Shown piece after piece: positions 58,379 through 64,000 of a stretch of 64,000 bases of DNA (its first letter is position 1; each line of letters begins with the position of its first letter). The notes under the pieces are model-generated. The model was not told the DNA's origin. It did not search any database and saw only the letters and a list, made by a program, of their open reading frames with translations. This stretch comes from Vulcanimicrobiota bacterium (GTDB lineage: Bacteria; Vulcanimicrobiota; Vulcanimicrobiia; Vulcanimicrobiales; Vulcanimicrobiaceae): positions 672,001 through 736,000 of the forward strand of contig CAVRQT010000002.1 in NCBI GenBank assembly GCA_963723515.1, given 5' to 3'. Position numbers and translations under genes: made by a program.

Positions 58379-59870
58379 GGCGTCCCAGCATGACGAGGCC
58401 CGCGTAGATGATGATCAGCGCGAAGACGAGTGCAGTGGGGCCGACGTGACCGAACACCGAGCCCACCGGCTTACCAATTGCGCCTAAGACGACGGCCTCA
58501 CGATCGAGATCCGTGCGCTGCACGTACTCTCCGTTCGGCGCGATGATTCCGGAAACACCGGTCGAGGCGGCTCGCAGAATCCACGTACCGGTTTCGATTG
58601 CTCGCAGCCGCGCAATCTGCGCATGTTGATACGGTCCGGCGGTCTCGCCGAACCATGCGTCGTCAGTAGCGATCACAAACGCTTGGGCACCATTCTTCAA
58701 TTGAGCGTACGTCAAATCGGCGAAGGCGGATTCCCAGCAGATCAACGGCGCAAACGCCACTCCGTCCGCCACAAAAATGCTGTTTTGCGTTCCGGTTCCA
58801 AAGCCGGTGATCAGGTTCGTATACGGTATCCAGCTCAAGAACGCGCGCCCGGGAAACGCTTCCGCAAACGGAACGAGCTGGCGCTTATCGTAGACGTACG
58901 TCAGGCGGCCGTCGCGCGCAAAGACGAAAAGCGAATTGTATTCCTGACCGTCGTGTTCGTTGAGACTGCCGATTGCGAGCGTCGTCGACTGGCGTCGAGC
59001 GAGCGCACCAATGTCGCGCTGGGCACGCGAATCTTCGCTCAAGATCGTCGTGATGACCGTTTCAGGCCAGACGGTCAATACCGCGCCGTAGGACGCCGTG
59101 CGCGCGGTCAGCGTACTGTAGCGATCGATCGCGTGCTGCAGCGCATTGGGCCCATGCCACTTTGTCGATTGGAGAATGTTGCCTTGGACCGCGGCAACCC
59201 TCAGGTAGGGAGCCGTTGCGTTGCGGGCCGGCCATGCCGACCAACAAACGAACCAGGCTGCGATGATGACGACAAGCGCTGCCAACGCGAAGCGATTGCG
59301 ACGCAAGATGACGGCTTGTGCTAAGTACGCGCCGATCACGCAGACAATGAACGTGACGCCGAACGTGCCGATATAGGCGGCAAACACGGCAAGCGGTGTA
59401 TCGGCTTGCGAGTACCCCAGTTGTCCGAATGGGACCGCGAGCGGCCCGATCGAGCGCAACCATTCGAACGTCGTGAATACCGCGGCCGCTGCAAGGGGCG
59501 CGAAGGGCGGCGCGACGCGCCTGAACGCAAAGGCGGCCAGAACCGCGGACGCCGCAACATACCCGCCTTCTGCAAGCGCCGGCACGAGGACGAGCGCGAA
59601 TGCGAGACTCCCGACAGCGCTGCCGACGGAGTAGCCGAACCACGAAAATGTGATGCCGAAGAAAATCGTGGCGCCGAACCAAGCAACCGGGAAGATCCGC
59701 TTCAAGGACAGCCGCTGGCACAACCAGAACAGGCCCGCCGCTCCAAGCGGCGCAAGCCAGGGTACATTGAACTTCGGAAAGGCGAGCGCTAAAGCAATGC
59801 CGCTCAGCGCGGCAACGGCAAAGTCCAACGGACGAATCGAGGTACCGATGCTACGAACTCTGGCGATCAC
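58365..59870 (-). CDS. lnt: Apolipoprotein N-acyltransferase (start may be TTG 59828)
   Basis: LAFP, EWLRS, QGNI, WPE, YDK..LVPFAE, ICWES, DAWFG, RAIE. Confidence 0.93.
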   Translation of the reverse strand: MIARVRSIGTSIRPLDFAVAALSGIALALAFPKFNVPWLAPLGAAGLFWLCQRLSLKRIFPVAWFGATIFFGITFSWFGYSVGSAVGSLAFALVLVPALAEGGYVAASAVLAAFAFRRVAPPFAPLAAAAVFTTFEWLRSIGPLAVPFGQLGYSQADTPLAVFAAYIGTFGVTFIVCVIGAYLAQAVILRRNRFALAALVVIIAAWFVCWSAWPARNATAPYLRVAAVQGNILQSTKWHGPNALQHAIDRYSTLTARTASYGAVLTVWPETVITTILSEDSRAQRDIGALARRQSTTLAIGSLNEHDGQEYNSLFVFARDGRLTYVYDKRQLVPFAEAFPGRAFLSWIPYTNLITGFGTGTQNSIFVADGVAFAPLICWESAFADLTYAQLKNGAQAFVIATDDAWFGETAGPYQHAQIARLRAIETGTWILRAASTGVSGIIAPNGEYVQRTDLDREAVVLGAIGKPVGSVFGHVGPTALVFALIIIYAGLVMLGRRAAL

Positions 59871-60549
59871 GGTCTTTCTAGCGGCTGTCGTGCTGGTCGC
59901 TTGCGGCCGTCAGGTGACGCCAAATCCGCCCGGCACGGGCCCCAACGGCGTCTTGCCCGGATATCTCTTTGTCCGGTACGACACCGCCAATCCGATGGAC
60001 TTCAATAACGTTCGTTACCTGATCGTATTCAATACGAGCGGCAACGGCGGCGTGCCATACACGAATGCGTACAATACGGGCTACGCCAACTACTCGTTCA
60101 TCATCACCGTTGCGGGGACAAACGGCTTTGTCGCGCCGCAAGTTTGCCAGATCATCCGGCAACAGGGTGGAGGCGTAACGTGTCAACCCGAGCAGTTCTC
60201 TCCCAGCCAAGTGATTCTGACGCTCAACAGCAACGGCAATAACTCTGAATTCACCATCATGTTCGATCGGCGGCTTTTCTTCGGGATTCCGCCGCCATCA
60301 CCGACGCCGCCGCCGCCGACGACGCAACCGCAGAGCATTTGGACCTTCAATTTCATCACGACGGATACGAGCTTCCATCCGCTCGACGCGCTCGGAGTCG
60401 GTGGGCCGATCGACACATCCTTTCACGTGCCGCTGCCGATCAGCACGGCCTTTGATTTCGTTCAACAGCTGACCGTGCCCGCGGGTGCGACGCGATCTGC
60501 CAACCCGAACGCGCAACTCGCCGGCGGCGAGATTATCAACAACCCGTAG
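59848..60549 (+). CDS. Lipoprotein of unknown function
   Basis: GAGGT RBS, lipobox LVAC, Pro-rich insert. Confidence 0.8.
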   Translation: MLRTLAITVFLAAVVLVACGRQVTPNPPGTGPNGVLPGYLFVRYDTANPMDFNNVRYLIVFNTSGNGGVPYTNAYNTGYANYSFIITVAGTNGFVAPQVCQIIRQQGGGVTCQPEQFSPSQVILTLNSNGNNSEFTIMFDRRLFFGIPPPSPTPPPPTTQPQSIWTFNFITTDTSFHPLDALGVGGPIDTSFHVPLPISTAFDFVQQLTVPAGATRSANPNAQLAGGEIINNP

Positions 60550-60554
60550 GGGGA

Positions 60555-60725
60555 ATGGCGATGCAGCAATCGATCGAGTGCTCAAACGAACTCTGCAACT
60601 GCACGATCAGCGCGGCGATCGATGCGGAAGATTACTGCTCGCAGGCATGCCGGGAGCTTGGCGAAGATGGCCGCGTCGAGGGCGAAACCTGCCCGTGCGG
60701 CCATCCGCAATGTGATATCCCATAA
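60555..60725 (+). CDS. Putative bacterial metallothionein (56 aa)
   Basis: GGGGGA RBS-like site; MAMQQSIECSNELCNCTISAAIDAEDYCSQACRELGEDGRVEGETCPCGHPQCDIP, 8 Cys and 1 His; below ORF cutoff. Confidence 0.75.
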   Translation: MAMQQSIECSNELCNCTISAAIDAEDYCSQACRELGEDGRVEGETCPCGHPQCDIP

Positions 60726-60892
60726 CGGGTCGTTTCGGCGACAGTTCCCCGCGAAACCGCTCGAAAGGCCCGGCTCGCTGGAGTCGGGCTTTCTGCTGCC
60801 CGCATTTTTTGCACAAGCAAAGCTTTGAACTATCTCTCTGACGTGCAAAAAATGTCAGAGCTTTCGCGGGAAACCGTCGCCGAGACGACCCG
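60726..60892. other. 167-bp element with 31-bp terminal inverted repeats (MITE or structured RNA)
   Basis: Arms match 28/31; two internal hairpins. Confidence 0.7.
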
Positions 60893-60941
60893 CAACGTAC
60901 ACTCTGCAGCGGCCGACGAACAGCATTCTAAATAAAAAGAA

Positions 60942-63352
60942 TTAGAAATTGAGCGTTCCCGGCACGATAGGGCCGTTGCGGGTGATTCCGAAGGTCGCCG
61001 CGCGCGATGGGAAGGCGAGAAGATCCAACGTCACGTTAACCATCTTGAGATTTTCGTTGTATTGCACGCGAACTTCGTAGCAATTCCCGATCACGATGTG
61101 GTAGTAGATGTTCTTGTTCGTCAGCCGGCCTTTGTTCTTCCAATCGATGTCGGTTAGGAATTGGATGTCGGCGTTGCGCCCAAACGGCGAGGCGATCCCC
61201 AGGTTCGTGATGCCGAATCCTTGACCGGGTCCAGGTGCGAACGAGCCGCCGAGAAGCAAGATCGAGCGCGGCGACGGTCGCGACGAAAGCTGATATTGAA
61301 CTGGCTGCGCTTGCCGGTTGAAGAGCGTCTGAAATGACAGCTGCAGATTGTAGAAGTCGCCGTTGAAGAAGCGCAGCACGTCGAATGCCGATTTTGAGTT
61401 TTCACTCGAAAGGATATCGAACTGCTGGAACGGGACCGCAATAGGCCCGTTGTTGTTCGCCTCGTTATAGGTAATCGAGTTGACGATGTGCCGGCCGACG
61501 GGCGTCTGCAGGGAGAGATTTTGCGTTACCGTCGCTTTGAGGTCGCCGGTCCCGTAGATAAATTGCTCGATCGTACTCGTGGCCGAGAGGTCGCTTCCGA
61601 ACAGCCGGTAGAGCGCCGGCCCGAGCGTCAACGACAGATCTTCGCGCGAGGTCAAAAAATACGGTGCGGGCTGCTCGTACCGGCCGACGTAAAACTGCGC
61701 GGCGATTGGAAACCAAAAATGCGGAAAGAGCGCGTTCGGCCGAATCGCCAGTTCAGGCATCTTGTCGATGCCGGTCGGCTGCGTTGCATTCGTCTTATCG
61801 AAGGTCAACTGGTAGTCCACCGCCGGCGTCGTCCAATGCGTCAGCGAATTGATGTGGCTGGTCGAGCTGTCCGAGGCGAATCCGCCGTATGCCGTTTGGC
61901 TCGTGTTGTAGCTCAACGTTAGACCTTGCGAGAGGCTCGTCGTCAACTGTCGCTGGTCGGTTAGGCCATAGTTCGTGACCGACGATTGCGAGCCGGTTGC
62001 CGAGCGGCTGTAATTATAATTTTGCTGCTCGCGCGGCGTCGCATGGACGACCGTTGCGGAATACTGCGTCGTCGGCGGCAAGTTCGTAAATGGTCCGTAG
62101 TTGCCGTTATAGTTGAAGACGAATTGCCCGCGCAGCGTCGGTGAGAAGTTTTCCGTTTCATTGGCGGTTAGGTTGTACTGCTGCGTGGACGTCTGGCGAT
62201 TGTGGATGCCATAATAATCGATGCTGGCCTGACGGCGTCCATTTCGCTTTGCAAAGAAACCGACGTATCCGAGGCCGAGCCCGACGCGCGTAAAGTATTC
62301 GAGCCGATAGTATCCATAGTAGTAGTTGCTATTGCCGAAGGCGAGCTTGAGTTTGACCCAAGCTCCTTCGTATGAATCGTAGCCGAATTCCGGAAAGAAG
62401 CCGGGGCGATGTAGCGCCTCCTCTTGCCGTAGCGGAATGACGACTTTCGGAAGATAGAGTATCGCCGCCGCTCCCAGATACAGCACCGCCTTGGTAATCG
62501 TTAGCCGATCGCCCGGGGTCACGTCGATCGTTCGACCGGTTAAATGATAACCGCCACGCGGATTTTCGCAGGTCGTTACGTACGCATAATCGCCGTGCGC
62601 GACGCCGCTGCTCGTTGAGGTCATCGTCTTCGCGGAGTAGTACACCTCGCCGCGCTCGACGTTGCGCGTGCTTTCGCCATGGCTGTTTTTAGCGTCGCGC
62701 TTCGTGTAACGGTGTCGAAGGCAATCTCATCGGCGCGCAAGATCGTATCTTGCTGGCGGTTGATGATGTAGGGATGGCCCGTGACCGTCACGGTGCGCTT
62801 ACCGTCATAGTGCGCGCGGTCGCCCGCGACCATGCCGTCTTGATAGTAGATCTGCACGTGGCCGATGATGTCGCCCGGCTGATTCTCGTTGACGTTGCCG
62901 ATGATCTGGTCGCCAAGGATGGCGATCTTGCCCGGCTCAAGCGTCGGTACGCCGGTCGGTGTCGGGGACGGCGAGGGCGTGGGCGAGCCTTTGGGCGTCA
63001 GCGGTTTCGGCGATCCGGTTGGACGGACCAAGAAAACCGGACCGCTGGTCGTCGCCTGTGGCGACGGAGTCGGAACCGGCAGTGGTGTAACCGGAGGCCC
63101 AGTCGGTTGCGGAGTCGCGTAGAGATGACCGCCGCCGGGCTGCCCCGGCGGGAAAGTGGGTGTCGCCTGCGGCGACGGCGACGCCACCTCGGGTGTCGGC
63201 AACGCTTGCGCGACCTGTTTCGTGCCGCAGGAGCGGCTCATCATCCCGAGCGCATCTTCGGATTGCGGATCGTTCGCGGCTAAAGTCTGTGCATTCGCAA
63301 AAACATTCCCGGCGATCGCGAGAATGCAGAGGAGCGCTCCGGCCGGCCGCAA
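60942..63352 (-). CDS. lptD: LptD-like outer-membrane LPS assembly protein, frameshift near 62688
   Basis: Signal peptide, OstA-like region, YVTTCE...YHL, LYLPK, PEFGYD..EG, beta-barrel strands, terminal Phe; one missing A joins the two ORFs. Confidence 0.75.
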
Positions 63353-63363
63353 CGCCTTCTTAG

Positions 63364-64000
63364 TCAGCGCTCATTCCACCAGAGCATTGCGAGTCCAGCC
63401 AATCCGAAGATGATGTTCGGCATCCACGATGCCAGGTAGGGATTCATGACGCCGTTACGCCCGAAGGCAGCCGCTGCGGTGAGCAACAGATCATACATAC
63501 CAAACGCAACAATTGAGAGGGCGATTCCCAGCGTCCGCCCTTTTTTGCCGAATTTGATTGCCAGCGGAAGCGCGAGCAACACGGCGACGAAGCAGGCGAA
63601 TGGGAGTGCGCTCTTATTGGCAAGGTTGACCTGCATCGTCCCCAGCGCTGTACCGCCTACCCCCTGCGCTCGCAGAAAATGCACTTGTTGCGCGAGGGCT
63701 TTCGAGTTCATCGTAAAGGCATCGTTGTTCGTGCTGCTCATGAACGCCGCAGCCGTTTCGGCAAGCGGCAATCCGATCGAGACCGAGCTCGTTCGTGCTT
63801 GAGCTGCGAATTCTCCGTTTGCGTTGAAGCGTGTGTCGACGACGTCGTTGAGCAGAAGCGTTGCGCCTTCAACGTGGGCGGTCTTCGCCGAAAGGATCTC
63901 GTTGTAATAGCCACTGCGGCCGGGTTTGAACACCTGCACGCCGACCATCGTCTTGTTGTCCGGCATCACCTGCGCGACGTAAAAGACGTTCCCAGTATCC
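63364..64000 (-). CDS. LptF/LptG family permease (5' part outside window)
   Basis: K.ALPFACF...LLALPL, NPYLASWMPNIIF. Confidence 0.88.
   Translation of the reverse strand, partial: DTGNVFYVAQVMPDNKTMVGVQVFKPGRSGYYNEILSAKTAHVEGATLLLNDVVDTRFNANGEFAAQARTSSVSIGLPLAETAAAFMSSTNNDAFTMNSKALAQQVHFLRAQGVGGTALGTMQVNLANKSALPFACFVAVLLALPLAIKFGKKGRTLGIALSIVAFGMYDLLLTAAAAFGRNGVMNPYLASWMPNIIFGLAGLAMLWWNER

Noticed and set aside
9059..62690. Frameshifts at about 9063, 24278, 26145, 31309, 49109, 52209 and 62688 as programmed recoding or pseudogenes
   Set aside because: Single-base indels, mostly in short homopolymers, hitting conserved genes (polA, ftsX, kgd, lptD) with no shared slippery motif; best explained as long-read consensus errors

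Overview
GC-rich bacterial core-genome window from a diderm organism. It carries lptC, lptD-like, lptF/G and lnt genes next to Terrabacteria-style gene order; Vulcanimicrobiota/Eremiobacterota is a tentative inference. Contents in order: a MoxR/DUF58/SpoIIM/RDD membrane cluster; a minC-minD-minD-minE-rodA locus with two intact tandem MinD paralogues, preceded by a DnaA-box array; RNase E with a structured leader; ftsEX followed by two S41 proteases; a lipoyl-bearing E2-E1 2-oxoglutarate dehydrogenase fusion; an Lrp-kdd-kamA-LOG lysine catabolism operon; split pntA plus pntB; a secreted serpin; polA...mutM-rpsA-coaE; KGG stress proteins; an unannotated metallothionein followed by a 167-bp inverted-repeat element; and LPS transport genes. 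A short REP-like repeat occurs four times, once nested in another copy and once inside rne. About seven single-base frameshifts in conserved genes, plus one heavily broken 1.9-kb gene, look like long-read consensus errors. No tRNA, rRNA, CRISPR array, integrase or transposase was recognised.
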